This document shows positions 12,601 through 24,393 of a DNA stretch of 64,000 nt, piece after piece; position 1 is the first letter of the stretch, and every line of letters begins with the position of its first letter. The stretch covers positions 190,570 to 254,569 of the forward strand of contig NC_133912.1 in assembly GCF_964199755.1 (NCBI RefSeq). Direction: 5' to 3'. Below the pieces are notes generated by a model. That model saw only the letters and a list, made by a program, of their open reading frames with translations. It did no database searches and was not told the origin of the DNA. Made by a program: the position numbers and the translations under genes. Origin of the DNA: Larus michahellis. Taxonomy: Eukaryota.

Positions 12601-14378
12601 CTCTTGGCTGTGGCTGTTGTCTGTGCCACCAAGGCTACCAGAAGACACCTTATCCTTACAGCACTAGGGCCTTAGCGCCTCCTCTTCCCCACCCGAGAGC
12701 CGTCATTCTGTGTTTCTGCCCTTGGCGTTGCACGTCTTCCCATCACAATGCCCCAGGAAGCGCCCTGAGCTGTGGTTGTGGGGCAGGATCTCCCTTCCCA
12801 GGGGCTGGAGGCCAGGGCTTGGCCCTTTGCCTTCCTCTCACACATTCAGGATTAGCCAGCATCAGACACCTTTCCATTGCCTTTGCCTACCTGCCCTCAC
12901 TGCCTCCAGTTTTCCCTCAAATGAGCCCCCAGGAGCCTTTGGCAGTAATGGCCCTCAGTGGGACCCATTAACACTCCAGGAAACTTTCAAAATTACATCT
13001 GACATTGACTTCTGGAGAGGTTTCATCAGCTTCCCCTGTGTCTGAGCTTCATGGGCTCTGCACCAAAACCACCAGAGAGGTCAATAAAATGCCTTGAGCT
13101 GGTCCTCTGCCACTAAACTGGTCCAGGCTTCCGGGATGGAGGAAAGTCATGGCAAGGAGCTCCTCTGCCAAGCGTGAGAGGAGACGAGCAGGCAGAGAGA
13201 GGTTAAAGGCAGCTGGGAGTGGGAGGACACTGAGAGCTCACAGAGAGAGAAATCTTCACAGCCCTTGACACGGTAAGTCTCTGGGTGCAGGGCAATGCCG
13301 CTGCAGTTCCTGCAGGGATCTCCTAAAGCTCTCATAGCCCAAAACCTATGGGATCTCTCTCCTGTGTAGAGCAGGAGGACATGCTCAAGATCAGAGATTC
13401 TCTGCTGCACCATCAGAGGCAGTGGACATTTCACAGGGACTTTGCCAGAAGCACCTCAAGACAGGCGCTACCTGGGAGTTGTCCTGGTTTCAGCTGGGAG
13501 AGAGTTCATTTTCTTCCTAGAAGCTGCTGTGGTTTGGATTTAGACTAATGATGATGAGACATTTTGGTTGAGTTGTTGCTAAGTAGTGTGTATGTTAAGT
13601 CAAGGACTTGTTCAGTTTCTCGTAGAAAGTGAGAGGGAGCACAGGCAGGACAAGCTGGGCCTAGGAATATTCCATACCACAGACGTCATGCTCAGTATAG
13701 AAATGGGGATTGGCCGGGCGGCAGGAATCCGTGTTCGCTGCTCGGGATGGGCATCGGGTGGTAAGCAATTGTACTGCATCACTCCTGGTTTCCTATATTC
13801 TTTTACAATGATTGTCATTTTCTTTCCCGTTACTGGTCTATCAAACTGTCTGTATCTCAACCCATGAGATTTTTACTCTTTTTTCTCCCTCTTCTCCCTA
13901 TCCCACTGCAGGCGTTTCAGGAAGATCGAGTGTGTGGTCATTCCCCACCGACAAGGCTGAGGAGTGAGCTGGCTCTGCTCATGTCACTGCGGCTTTAGGA
14001 CAACCAGGAGCTTCCTTGAGGTTTTCCTGCAGGAATATGCTGAGCAGCTCCTCTGCGTTACAAGTGGATTACAGATGAGGTAACTAGTGAATGTCAGACG
14101 CTGTAACCCCTTTCCCAAATCCCCGCTGCTGTGGAGCAGGGATGACTCCTTGGGAGCCCACAAGCAGAGCTCTGCTCCTCACGGCACACTTGGCCAGCAA
14201 CAATGAGAGCTCCAACAAGGGCAATGCAGAAAGCTCCTGGAAGGAAGGACACAGGCAAAGAGTGTTTTCGGGGCTTGGGTTTGGAAGGGCAGGCAATGGG
14301 AAGAGATTTGCTCAGAGCTGTCCTGACTTGTGAGTGTGCTTTCCTCCTTTGGCAGTACCTCAGGAATAAAGGGATCGG

Positions 14379-15341
14379 ATGTCCAACGGCAGCTCCATCA
14401 CCCACTTCCTCCTGCTGGCATTCGCAGACACGCGGGAGCTGCAGCTCTTGCACTTCTGGCTCTTCCTGGCCATCTACCTGGCTGCCCTCCTGGGCAATGG
14501 CCTCATCATCACTGCCGTAGCCTGTGACCACCGCCTCCACACCCCCATGTACTTCTTCCTCCTCAACCTCGCCCTCCTCGACCTGGGCTGCATCTCCACC
14601 ACTCTCCCCAAAGCCATGGCCAGTTCCCTCTGGGACACCAGGGCCATCTCCTTCTCAGGATGTACTGCCCAGGTCTTTCTCTTTCTGTTTTTGATATCAT
14701 CAGTGTTTTATCTTCTGACAGTCATGGCCTACGACCACTACGTTGCCATCTGCAAACCCCTGCACTATGGGTCCCTCCTGGGCAGCAGAGCTTGTTTCAA
14801 AATGGCAGCAGCTGCCTGGGGCAGTGGCTTTCTCCATGCTCTACTGCACACTGCCAATACTTTTTCAATACCTCTCTGCCACGGCAATTCTGTGGACCAG
14901 TTCTTCTGTGAAATCCCCCAGATCCTCAAGCTCTCCTGCTCAGACACAGACTACCTCAGGGAAGCTGGGCTTATTGTATTTGCTGTCTTTTTTTCTTTTG
15001 CCTGTTTTGTTTTCATTGTGATGTCCTATATGCAGATCTTCAGGGCTGTGCTGAGGATCCCCTCAGAGCAGGGACGGCACAAAGCCTTTTCCACGTGCCT
15101 CCCTCACCTGGCCGTGGTCTCTCTGTTTCTCAGCACTGCCACATTTGCCTACCTGAAGCCCTCCTCCATCTCCTCCCCAGATCTAGACCTAGCGATGTCC
15201 GTTCTGTACTCAGTGGTGCCTCCGGCAGTGAACCCCCTCATCTACAGCATGAGGAACCAGGAGCTCAGGGATGCCCTGAGAAAACTATTGCAATATACTG
15301 CAATATTCACAGAAAACAGCAGGACAACCTTCTGTTCATAA
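14379..15341 (+). CDS. Intact olfactory receptor (single coding exon, 320 aa, gamma-c/OR14-like class)
   Basis: It has a full 7TM OR architecture: N-glyc NGSS, LHTPMYFFLLNLALLDLGC, MAYDHY (a DRY variant), KAFSTC, and PPAVNPLIYSMRN. The acceptor tcctcctttggcag lies 25 bp upstream of the ATG, the usual vertebrate OR layout. There are no internal stops. Confidence 0.85.
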   Translation: MSNGSSITHFLLLAFADTRELQLLHFWLFLAIYLAALLGNGLIITAVACDHRLHTPMYFFLLNLALLDLGCISTTLPKAMASSLWDTRAISFSGCTAQVFLFLFLISSVFYLLTVMAYDHYVAICKPLHYGSLLGSRACFKMAAAAWGSGFLHALLHTANTFSIPLCHGNSVDQFFCEIPQILKLSCSDTDYLREAGLIVFAVFFSFACFVFIVMSYMQIFRAVLRIPSEQGRHKAFSTCLPHLAVVSLFLSTATFAYLKPSSISSPDLDLAMSVLYSVVPPAVNPLIYSMRNQELRDALRKLLQYTAIFTENSRTTFCS

Positions 15342-15352
15342 CCTTTTTACAG

Positions 15353-15366
15353 TCCTTCTTTCTTTT

Positions 15367-15442
<76 letters not shown>

Positions 15443-15460
15443 TTCTTTCTTTTTGTTCCT
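15353..15460. repeat. (CTTT)n microsatellite immediately 3' of the OR stop
   Basis: About 27 tandem ctttc/tttc units are seen in the sequence. Confidence 0.9.
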
Positions 15461-16239
15461 TTTTTTCCTTCCTATATTCCTTGCTTTCTTTATCTCTTCC
15501 TCTCTTTCTCTCTTTCACTGTTTCTCTTTTTTCTCTCTTCCTCTTATTTTAGCCTTGTTATAATATTATTCCTAATCTCGCTTTTTGAGCATTTCAGTGT
15601 TCTTTCTTCCCAATGACCTGATGTACATCAGAAGCCAGACTCCCTCTATACTTGAAACAAAATAAAGGCAGCAGCAGAAAATCAAGCAGCGAATGAATGC
15701 TTTATTTTGCTTTGCTTACACACGCAGCTTTTGCTTTACCTGGGCTGAGCTGGGAAGCGCTCGGGAGAGGAAAACACCAGTGCAGAGCTCAGCTGTGTGA
15801 GTGTGAAGGCTGGGTGCACACAGCAGTGTTCTCACACAGCCAGGCCTTCTGGAGAGACAGGAAGGACCAGCAGAGCAGGACCTGCTCTGTGCCACGGTCC
15901 ACGGACACCCCGGGGAACCTGCCCCAGGGTAATCGTCACCAACCAGCCCCTCACAGCTGCAGCAACAGCCACTCACCTTCGCTCAGAGAGCTGCTCTGTC
16001 CCTCCATGGAGGGACACAAAATGACTGCATCAGAAGTTTGTTCTTGCTTTACAGACTCTTGAATGCACATGTCATGTGGGTGATGAGATGAATTTGAGGG
16101 AGCACAAGTGCCAGCAGCTACTGCTAGGAGTGTCCTGTTGTGGGAAACTCAGTCTCTTGAGATCACTTCAGGTTTTGAGTAACACCCCCTGGGTAACCAC
16201 CACTGCCATGTGCTTCCTTGTATGTGGGTCATAGAGACA

Positions 16240-16640
16240 TCGAATCACAGAATCACAGCATGGTTCGGGTTGCAAAGAACCTTTAAAGGTCATCTAGTCC
16301 AATCCCCTCTCCACACACAGGGACATCTTTCACTACATCAGGTTTCTCAAAGCATTGTCCAACCCGACTTTAAACACTTCCAATGATGGGCCATCGTCAG
16401 CTTTTCTGGGCAACCTGTTCCCTTCTCTCACCACCATTATCGCAATATATTTCTCCCTTATCTCCAATCTAAACCTGCCCTCTCTCCCTTTAAAACCCTT
16501 GGCCCTCGTCCTGTCACTGCAGGCCTTGGTACAAAGTCTCTCCTCCACTGTCCTACAAGCCTCCATTTATATTGGATTCCTGCAATAAGGTCTCCCTGGA
16601 GCCTTCTCTTCTCTGACTAAACAACCCCAACTCTCTCAGC
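16240..16640 (-). mobile_element. CR1 3' fragment (minus)
   Basis: ORF 16333..16566 (-) reads ...GFKGREGRFRLEIREKYIAIMVVREGNRLPRKADDGPSLEVFKVGLDNALRNLM. 16240-16300 is the reverse-complemented CR1 terminus (...cacagaatcacagcatggttcgggttgcaaagaacctttaaaggtcatctagtcc). Confidence 0.75.
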
Positions 16641-16699
16641 TTTTCTCCATGAGAGGTGTTCCAGCTTTCAGAGCATTTTTGTGGCCCTACTCTACACGC

Positions 16700-17620
16700 A
16701 CGCTCACAGGTCTATATTGGTCTTGTGCTTGGCACCCCTGAGCTGGACACTGTTCTCCAGCTGGGGTCTCACCACAGCAGCGTAGAGGAGGACAATCCCC
16801 TACCTACACCTGTTGGCCACGCTTCTTTTCATGCAGCCCAGGATGTGCTTGGCTTTCTGGTCCTGCACTTGGACCACAATAACCCCATGCATCGCTACAG
16901 CCTTGGGGCAGTGTGGCTGGAGAGCTGCCTGGCAGAAAAGGACCTGGGGGTTCTAATTGACAAGCAGCTGAAAGTGAGCCAGCAGTGTGCCCAGGTGGCC
17001 AAGAGGGCCAATGCCATCCTGGCTTGTATTAGAAATAGTGTGACCAGCAGAAGGAGGGAGGTGATTGTCCCCCTGTACTCAGCACTGGGGAGGCCACCCC
17101 TTGAGTATTGTGTCCAGTTCTGGGCACTTCAATATGAGAGAGATCTCGAGGTGCTGGAGCGAGTGCAGAGGAGGGCAACGAAGCTGGTGAAGGGCCTGGA
17201 GAATAAATCTGATGAGGAGCGATTGAAGGAGCTGGGACTGTTTAGTTTGAGGAAGAGGAGGCTGAAGGGAGACCTCATCACTCTCTACAACTACTTGAAA
17301 GGCCATTGTAGAGAGGTTGGTGCTGGTCTCTTCTCACAGGTCATTAGTGATAGAACAAGAGGGAATGGGTTCAAGCTGCAGCAGGGGAGGGTTAGGCTGG
17401 ACATTAGGAAAAAATTCTTCCCAGAAAGAGTGGTCAGACACTGGAATGGCCTGCCCAGGGAGGTGGTGGAGTCACCATCCCTGAATGTGTTTAAGACTCG
17501 TTTAGATGTGGTGTTAAGGGATATGGTGTAAGGGAGAACTTCGTAGAGTGGAGTTGATGCTCGGACTCGATCATCCCAAGGGTCTTTTCCAACCTAAATG
17601 ATTCTATGATTCTATGATTG
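16700..17620 (+). mobile_element. CR1 LINE 3' half
   Basis: ORF 16656..17531 reads ...[54 protein letters not shown]...[21 protein letters not shown]...[45 protein letters not shown]. The terminus at 17575-17620 is ggtcttttccaacctaaatgattctatgattctatgattg. Confidence 0.85.
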
Positions 17621-17639
17621 CCAGCTCATGTTCAGTTAC

Positions 17640-18130
17640 TCAAACCCCAGTATCCTCAAGCCCTTCTCTGCAGGGCTGCTCTCAGTCCCTTCGTCAACAC
17701 ACTCCATGAGTCTCCCGCACTGCTTACAGCTTGCTGGGATGCTCTTCCAGCAGCTGTCAGGGTGACTGGAATTCCCCAGGAGGATCGGAGTGTCTGTGGT
17801 GCTTCCTGTAGGAGAAGTAAGAACGCTTCGTCAAAAGGCTCCTCTTGGTTGGGTGGCCTGGAGCAAAGCCCAGCCATGAGGATTCCAGCTGCACAAGGGT
17901 GCTCAGCTCCTCCTCTTTGTTCCCCAGGCTGCGTGCATTGGTACAGAGGCACTTCAGCTGGGCCATTGACCAGGACAACTTCTTTAGAGGAACACACCCG
18001 AAATCACAGAATCATAGAATTGTTAGGGTTGGAAGGGACCTTAAAGATCATCTAGTTCCAACCCCCCTGCCATGGGCAGGGACATCTCCCACTAGATCAG
18101 GGTTGGTTCTGAATATACCAGCAGCCCCTG
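17640..18130 (-). mobile_element. Two juxtaposed CR1-derived pieces on the minus strand (an ORF2 N-terminal endonuclease start plus a separate 3' terminus)
   Basis: 17757..17978 (-) reads AQLKCLCTNARSLGNKEEELSTLVQLES, the LINE ORF2 N-terminus (LKCLYTNARSLGNKQEELE type). 18000-18110 is the reverse-complemented CR1 3' end (...ggttggaagggaccttaaagatcatctagttccaacccccctgccatgggcagggac). Confidence 0.5.
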
Positions 18131-18539
18131 GCCCTTCTCTCTTCCTAAAACTCCATCCCCTTCCCCCGGTCAATCCAGTCGGACATGCAACTGGCCTCTT
18201 TTATACCGTCTTCTGCCTCCTCCCTCTTGGTTCCTCCCTGCTCCCCCTTCCGCTGCATGTCCCTCAGGGCTTTGCACAGCTCTAGTCATTCCCGCATCCC
18301 TCCCAGACCAGGCTCCCTCTGAGTCACAACGTTCTCATTTCAAACGGCCACTTGATCTTCCTGGAGCTGCCACCTGGACTTTCTTGATGGCCCACCAATT
18401 CCTGGGACTGGCAAAAGTTCTTTCTTGTCATGGACTCCATGGTTCTTTGCTCAAGTTTGTGGCTCAGTGCATTCTGCTTCTGGTTTTTCTCCCTTTTTTC
18501 TCCCCGTTTCCCCATTAACAAGGTCCCCGCTCAGATGAC

Positions 18540-18990
18540 CTTGCTGGAATAAACACTCCACCTCTCACACGCCTCCATCCCTCAGCGTGACTGACCACCT
18601 TTGGCTCCCATCGCTGCCTCCCTGAGCCTTTGCCCTCAGGTTTGGGGCCCTGCACCTTCTTCTTTATGGCCACTCGGCCTGACAGCTGCCCCGCCCACCA
18701 GCTTCCGGCGGAAGTCCCGCCCCCTCTCCTCTACCGGGCCTCTGCTCTCTTCTGATTGGCTGCCAGCACCGGCCACCCTGCCTGGATAGACCCGGAGCTG
18801 CATGGGACCCGGAAGGCCCTTCCCCTCCATGCACGGGGGCGCCATTTTGGTTTGTCCACCATTTTCTGCCGAGATGCCGCCATTCCCTGGCAGGGAGCTG
18901 CCGTTTGGTTAAAGATCACACAGCTCCGTGATTGGCTAACGGCCAGTTCTTGACACCGTCACACCCGCGTGTTCTCAGGCAGCCTATGGG
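18540..18990. promoter_or_regulatory. Orphan CpG island with a dense promoter-type motif set
   Basis: It has a palindromic ETS pair cttccggcggaag, a GC box gccccgcccacc, two inverted CCAAT (Y-box) sites (ctgattggctgcc at about 18760 and gtgattggctaacgg at about 18930), and repeated GCCAT (YY1-like) cores (cgccattttggtttgtccaccattttctgccgagatgccgccattcc). CpG is not depleted here. No convincing ORF lies downstream, only AT-rich low-complexity sequence at 19000-19300. Confidence 0.4.
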
Positions 18991-19549
18991 ATGGGCTGCC
19001 TGCCTCGTTTGGATATAAAAATAGAATATTTCTAGACAATATATTCATATATTGTATATATCTATGAAAGGAAGTGTATCATTCTACTAATGAATTTATT
19101 TTTTTTAATACTACACACACTATTTTTATATATATACTTATGTGTATGTGTATAGATTTCTACAATGGTAAACATTAATAAACATATAGAAATTAAGTTA
19201 ATAATTTTTGTTTCCAAAGTTTAAATAACTATAAATTTGAATTGGAGCTATACTTTTGAATTGAGTAAATCCCCCTTCAATAAGATTTAGTGTAGTGAAG
19301 AATTACAGTTTAAATGTGAACGGAAGCAGAAAGAAAAGGCCGGGTGGGGGTCCCCCACTTTACCAGGCTGCAGAACAAGCCCTGACAGGGTGGGCTGGGG
19401 GGAATTCAAGAGGGCGGAGGGGTGCCCGAAAGGTGGTGGGGCACGGACACGCTGGAACGTGCCCAGGGACTACGGCCCCCTTCTAGGAGGGGTGAGCAAG
19501 TGACGGAGAGGGTGGTCAGTACTGGCTTGGGTCACCCCAAAAGACGAGC

Positions 19550-20085
19550 ACGCAGCAAATAGGTTGGTATGTGCTTGTGAGGAGCTGCTGCCTGAGTAGC
19601 CAACAGGCCAAGAGGAGGCTTCTGGTATGTGTAGGAGCTTGTGAGGAGTCATATCTCAGAGGTGAGCAGACAGCAAGCACGGGGAGACGGGGTGGTCAGG
19701 TCTCTGGTGCCTGAGTAGCGGATAGACCAGGAGCAAGGCCAGGGCTCCTGCAGGGGCTGGTGAGGTCACTGGTGCTGCTGTAGCTGATAGGAGACACGTG
19801 GCTCAGGTTTGTACTTGTGATGTCACTCTTGGCTGAGTAGCTGATAAGGCAGGACCAGGTGCACAGCTCATGTAGGTGTTTGTGAGGTCACTGGTCCCTG
19901 CACAGATGACAGGCCAGGAGCTGTCACCTGCCTTGTGGATGTCTTTGCGATGGCACTGGTGCCTGAGGAGCCCAGGAGAAACATGTCTTGTGTTGGGTAT
20001 TTTGAGGTCCCAGGTGCCTGAGAATCTGGTAGGCCAGGACTAGGCACCCATCTTGCGTAGGTGTTTGCAAGGTCACCTGTGACCA
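19550..20085. repeat. Tandem satellite, about 60-62 bp unit, about 9 copies
   Basis: The recurring unit is ggtgcctgagtagc.gata.gccaggagc...gtgtaggtgtttgtgaggtcact. A second block of the same family is at 20660-20830. Confidence 0.7.
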
Positions 20086-20329
20086 TTCAGCTTGTAATAA
20101 ATAGCCAGATCCCTTAAACAGAAATGGCACTTATTTTATTATAGGGACAGAGCCAATAAAGCAAAAGCACAGCGCTGGGTGCATGACTCAAGTCAGAGGC
20201 ACACCAGCTAACACTTCAACCATGTCTTATATACATTCAATATTGCATACGTATTCACTATTTTAGACAGAGTAATTGTTGATAAGGATTGATTATTATT
20301 AATCCTTTTTCTCTTCTATTTGTGTGTTT

Positions 20330-20470
20330 CCTTCTGAATTGTTTCTGAGGATCGATGATCTTCAGTTCCCTTTTCCCATGCATGTGTTTCCTTCTGGTAG
20401 GATCGATTATCATCAGCTCCCTTCTCCTATGCATCTGTTTCCTTCTGTTAATCACTTGTGGAGTCTTTTG
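20330..20470. repeat. About 45-bp tandem repeat x3 inside the AT-rich insertion that splits the satellite
   Basis: The unit gtgtttccttctg...atcgat.atc.tcagttccctt..cc.atgcat.t is repeated three times. Confidence 0.5.
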
Positions 20471-20659
20471 GAGAAGTTCTCTTTTGTTTCTCTCGGATGT
20501 TTTTCTTCATGATGTTTTTCTTCATAGTTGCTGTTAGTTCTTATCTTTGAGGTTTCTCATGTTTCCTAATTTACTAAAGGTTAGTTATCCTTATAAGTCA
20601 AAGATTTATAGCCTTGTTATTATGGCGAAAGCCAACAATACCTTCACTATTTTTTACAA

Positions 20660-20830
20660 GCTGATAGGCCAGGAAGAGGCCCATGGGTTGTGTAGGTGCT
20701 GGTGAAGTCACTGCTGCCCGCGTACCTGGTAGGGCAGGAGCAGGAACATGGCCTGTGATTTCCCCACTGCCTGTGTAACTTTTAGGCAAGGAGCCGGTGT
20801 ATGGTTTGTGTGAGTGCTTCTGATGTCATT
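20660..20830. repeat. Second block (about 3 units) of the 60-bp satellite
   Basis: gctgataggccaggaagaggcccatgggttgtgtaggtgctggtgaagtcact... has the same consensus as 19550-20085. Confidence 0.65.
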
Positions 20831-21799
20831 AAAATGGACCTCTCCTTGATAGAACACATCAGAGGTTGACTCAGCATCAGAGCCATCTGACTTGAACTTC
20901 TGACTTTAACTTCTCAAGTGGTTTGATCACTCTCCTCACGGTAACTGAGGTCCATGGGAGTCAGCACCAAATACATCACAGGGTCGTTAAAATGCAAAAA
21001 GCTCTGATGAGCCATGCCTTTCCCCATAAGATTCTTCAAGTCTTCAAGTCTTGTACAGCCGGTTGGAGAGGTTTCAGGACTTTAAAGAGGGAGATTTCAA
21101 TGAATATCAATAGGGAATGGACTTTTTGAGATTTTTGGTTTCGTCAGTTTTTTTTCCCAGCTGACAGAGTAAGTGTTGCCAATATTCTTCGGCTGATATT
21201 CATCCAGGGTGCCTCCTAAGGAGCTCTGGACATGTAGGAAAAGCAGTCTCCTCGATGGCAAACACCATATAGACAGTTCCTCCTCACCGCCCCAACCCCG
21301 CCATTTCTCTCCGTGGCCACCTGGCCATGATTTTAACATCTCAATGTTAAAATCTAACCTTTTCCCACTGAAGTCTGTAGTTGAACGTTACAGCTCCTGG
21401 GCATCTTCATTTTATGAAATGTATTCATTCATCTCTGCTGCTGAAAACGTGCTCGTATTTTTTTAAATGTGGAAAACAATTCCTCAGCTTCTCAGGTAGA
21501 CCTCAGTTGCTCGACACCCCAGTTACCTGATGCCTTTGCCTGGGACTGGCAGCCAGCACATGAGAGCTGAGGGACACCAGAGCCCCCAGCAGCTGCACAG
21601 GGAGGCTGGGCAGAGGGTCTCAGGGCATCTGCACTGACAAGAGGCACCTGGGTCCCTGCAGCTGAGGACGTTTGTGTCCTGTTAAATGCATCGCATCTGA
21701 AAATCTAAAAATCACTTTCCCTTCCAAATGGAGACAGCACACCAAATCGCCCCTCTAAGTCTGCAACATTAAAACACAACTAAACCAAACAAGGAGGAT

Positions 21800-21958
21800 G
21801 AGAACCGCATGAAGGGCTGAGTCACCATCCCTGAATGTGTTTAAGACTCGTTTAGATGTGGTGTTAAGGGAGTAAGGGAGAACTTCGTAGAGTGGAGTTG
21901 ATGCTCGGACTCAATGATCCCAAGGGTCTTTTCCAACCTAAATGACTCTATGATTCTA
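21800..21958 (+). mobile_element. CR1 3' terminus (near-identical to 17470-17620)
   Basis: gtcaccatccctgaatgtgtttaagactcgtttagatgtggtgttaaggg...ggtcttttccaacctaaatgactctatgattctatg. It abuts the ERV LTR exactly at its last base. Confidence 0.8.
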
Positions 21959-22079
21959 TGGCCCAGGTGCTGTGTAGCTAGGGATTGTTTACTTATCCCA
22001 CGCTTTGCCGCCAGGGAGAGCGATGAGAAGTCCAGGGCTCGTTCCAGGTGCTGTGTCCGCACGTCCTTCGGCATCCACA
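21959..22079 (-). repeat. ERV 3' LTR (short, about 120 bp)
   Basis: tggcccaggtgctgtgtagctaggg.ttgtttacttatccca...ggcatccaca matches 26948-27068 at about 90% identity. The flanks diverge. Confidence 0.6.
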
Positions 22080-22360
22080 ATTCCCCCTTCTTCATTTACT
22101 ACAAAAACAGTGGCTAAGGTTTTATCTGTAAGACGCTGCGCACGCCGTAGCACACAGGGAATACAAAGCATAATGCACAAGAATATGCTTATACAAAAAA
22201 GCAAGAATTTTAGAGCTGATTGCAACCATCCAGTTAAGCCCCAACTGTTAAAAAGGTTATCCAGCCATCCCCAACTTCCCCCCATTCGTAATTTCTGCAC
22301 GTTTTGCTCTAACTGTTGTATACTTTTATGGATTGATTCAGAGTGGTCTGATAAATTCAT
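21989..22360 (-). CDS. ERV env TM subunit C-terminal part (membrane-spanning segment plus tail, reading into the LTR)
   Basis: ...SIQQLEQNVQKLRMGGSWGWLDNLFNSWGLTGWLQSALKFLLFCISIFLCIMLCIPCV... carries the W-rich pre-TM then the hydrophobic anchor, typical of retroviral TM. Confidence 0.6.
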   Translation of the reverse strand: MNLSDHSESIHKSIQQLEQNVQKLRMGGSWGWLDNLFNSWGLTGWLQSALKFLLFCISIFLCIMLCIPCVLRRAQRLTDKTLATVFVVNEEGGIVDAEGRADTAPGTSPGLLIALPGGKAWDK

Positions 22361-24393
22361 ACAGCACGTGCCATCAAAATCTTCACATCCATGGCCATGA
22401 GCTAATAACAGAAAATTGACGGCTGCTCTATTTTACAGAGTTGCATGGCGTACTGAATCTACATCTAATAAAAGGCCAGGAGGAGCTACTGAAGTAGCCT
22501 TACTTTGTTCCACAAGCCAACAACCTAGCTTTTTTTAAGAGCGTTAGCGCTTTTGCAGAAGCCACACCGGGAGCAGAGAAAGAAGAAATGGCAACCACAG
22601 GTGGCTGCCAAAAGTGTACCTGGTAATCAAGAGGGGTGACCTTTTGGAGATATGTTGCGTTTCGAGAGCATTTGGCAAAGTTAAAACACTTACGAGCATC
22701 CATCTGAATTTAGCCTAGAATACCAACCTCCTGTGGCTCTAAAGGCAGGGGAGAGAATAATTTATTTGCCCAATATAATCTACTGGGGCAATCTGTAGGT
22801 TAAGACTTTGTGATAACCAAGGGTCAAGGTCGTCCTTTTTGACAGGGACATGTATGTGGCTTGGATCCATTCCAGAAAGCTGCTGACAGCACAAACGACC
22901 CTGGGAAAACAATCGTGGTAACATTTCAGTCATCATAGTTACTGTTTTGGAAAAGGTACGTGGCAAAACTACCCACTCTAATGCAGTCGGGCTCTTTGCG
23001 AGTGCATCATCCCACTGTCCTATCAGGGCGTAAGGTTGAAATTCTTGTAGGAAGGTGTTCAACATGTCTTGCAGCAGTAGTAGACTGTATCTTACCTGCA
23101 ACGTGCTGTAATGCCTTCTGAGCTGTTGGGGTTAATGAACATAGAACTTATGGGAGGGGGGGCGGGGACAGAGACAGCGCTCCAGGGCGTCCCCTGTATC
23201 TTCAAAGTGCGCTCATTTCTCTCTCCCTCTCTCCGGCCCGAGACAGACCCCTTATATCCTGCACCGGATTGAGTGGAGAAGTACAGGCTAGAGTCGCTGC
23301 ACGTGTGGCCAGCGCATGCAGCGAGTCCCACCAGACTCGTGATCCGGCTTTGCTAACGGCGGCTGTCTGATACGTGACCACATTGTTGTAATCCCTTCTT
23401 GTTATCTTCTTCTGTGAAGGTCAGGTTCTCATGGATACACACGCAGTTTTTACAGCAACATATTCTACAACTCGTACCAGGGTACGATGCAAAGCGGCAT
23501 CTACAACTGATCGTATAATGCTTATTAAACACAGCAAACAGCGTACTAAACATAACAGACAAATTCCTTCCACACAGGCAAACGAGTACAATTTGCTTCA
23601 ACCAACCCCACCCCCAAGTCCATCCAAAAAAGATTGCACCCAGTGGTCTCCACAAGTTGCTGGTTGGGTCAGTGCCGTTCTTGCAACTGGGCATGGATGG
23701 ATTTGGAGTGGTCACTTAGATTCATACAACACAGTCCTTTAAAATCTTGACAACCATGTCTGTGAGCTGAAAGCAAAAAGTCAATAGCAGCTCTGTTTTG
23801 CAGCGTCGCATGTCGACTACTATCTACATCAGCAATAACTCAGAAATAGCTGTACCAGTAGCATTGCTAAACTTATCCTTGGCAGCAAGAGAGTCCTTGT
23901 TCTCAAGAGCACATGCGGACTCCCTGTTCTTCCTGGTACAGTTTTCTCACTGTGCTTTGATCTTCCACAACTGCGTCCATGCCTGCTCGTTGGGACTCCG
24001 TAGACCGAACCAGGATAGCAGACTCATTCAATCCTTTTGGCTTTGCTGTTGCCTGTAAGGGCGCACATACCGGGCTGGAACCCACCGAGGTCCCGTTCCT
24101 GTGGAGACACAAGCATAGCCTCTCCCCCACGTTATCAACTGCTATGGACCCTCCATAATTCCTCATTCTAAATTATGTACTAGCACTTGAGCTTTACCCT
24201 TGATATTGTGTTTGTCCACTCGCAAAGAAGAATAATGTCGGCTAATGGTTGACTCGGCACTGTCAGATAAATTCAAAAAATTGAGTACATACAATGCCTT
24301 AGCCAAGCCTTCCTGTGGTGAGAGAGACTCAACTTCCCCTTTTTGGCGCAACAACATGCCTTTTAATGAACTATGCGATCGTTCTACAATGCC

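Noticed and set aside
14094-14540. Antisense or alternate-frame ORFs overlapping the OR genes (for example 14094..14540 minus, 45607..45816 minus)
   Set aside because: They are reverse or shifted frames of a bona fide OR CDS and have no independent support.
17618-18055. Recurrent MPAHVQLLKPQYPQALLCRAAL-type ORFs (also 51070..51351)
   Set aside because: They are antisense translations of the CR1 5' region and recur wherever that CR1 segment occurs.
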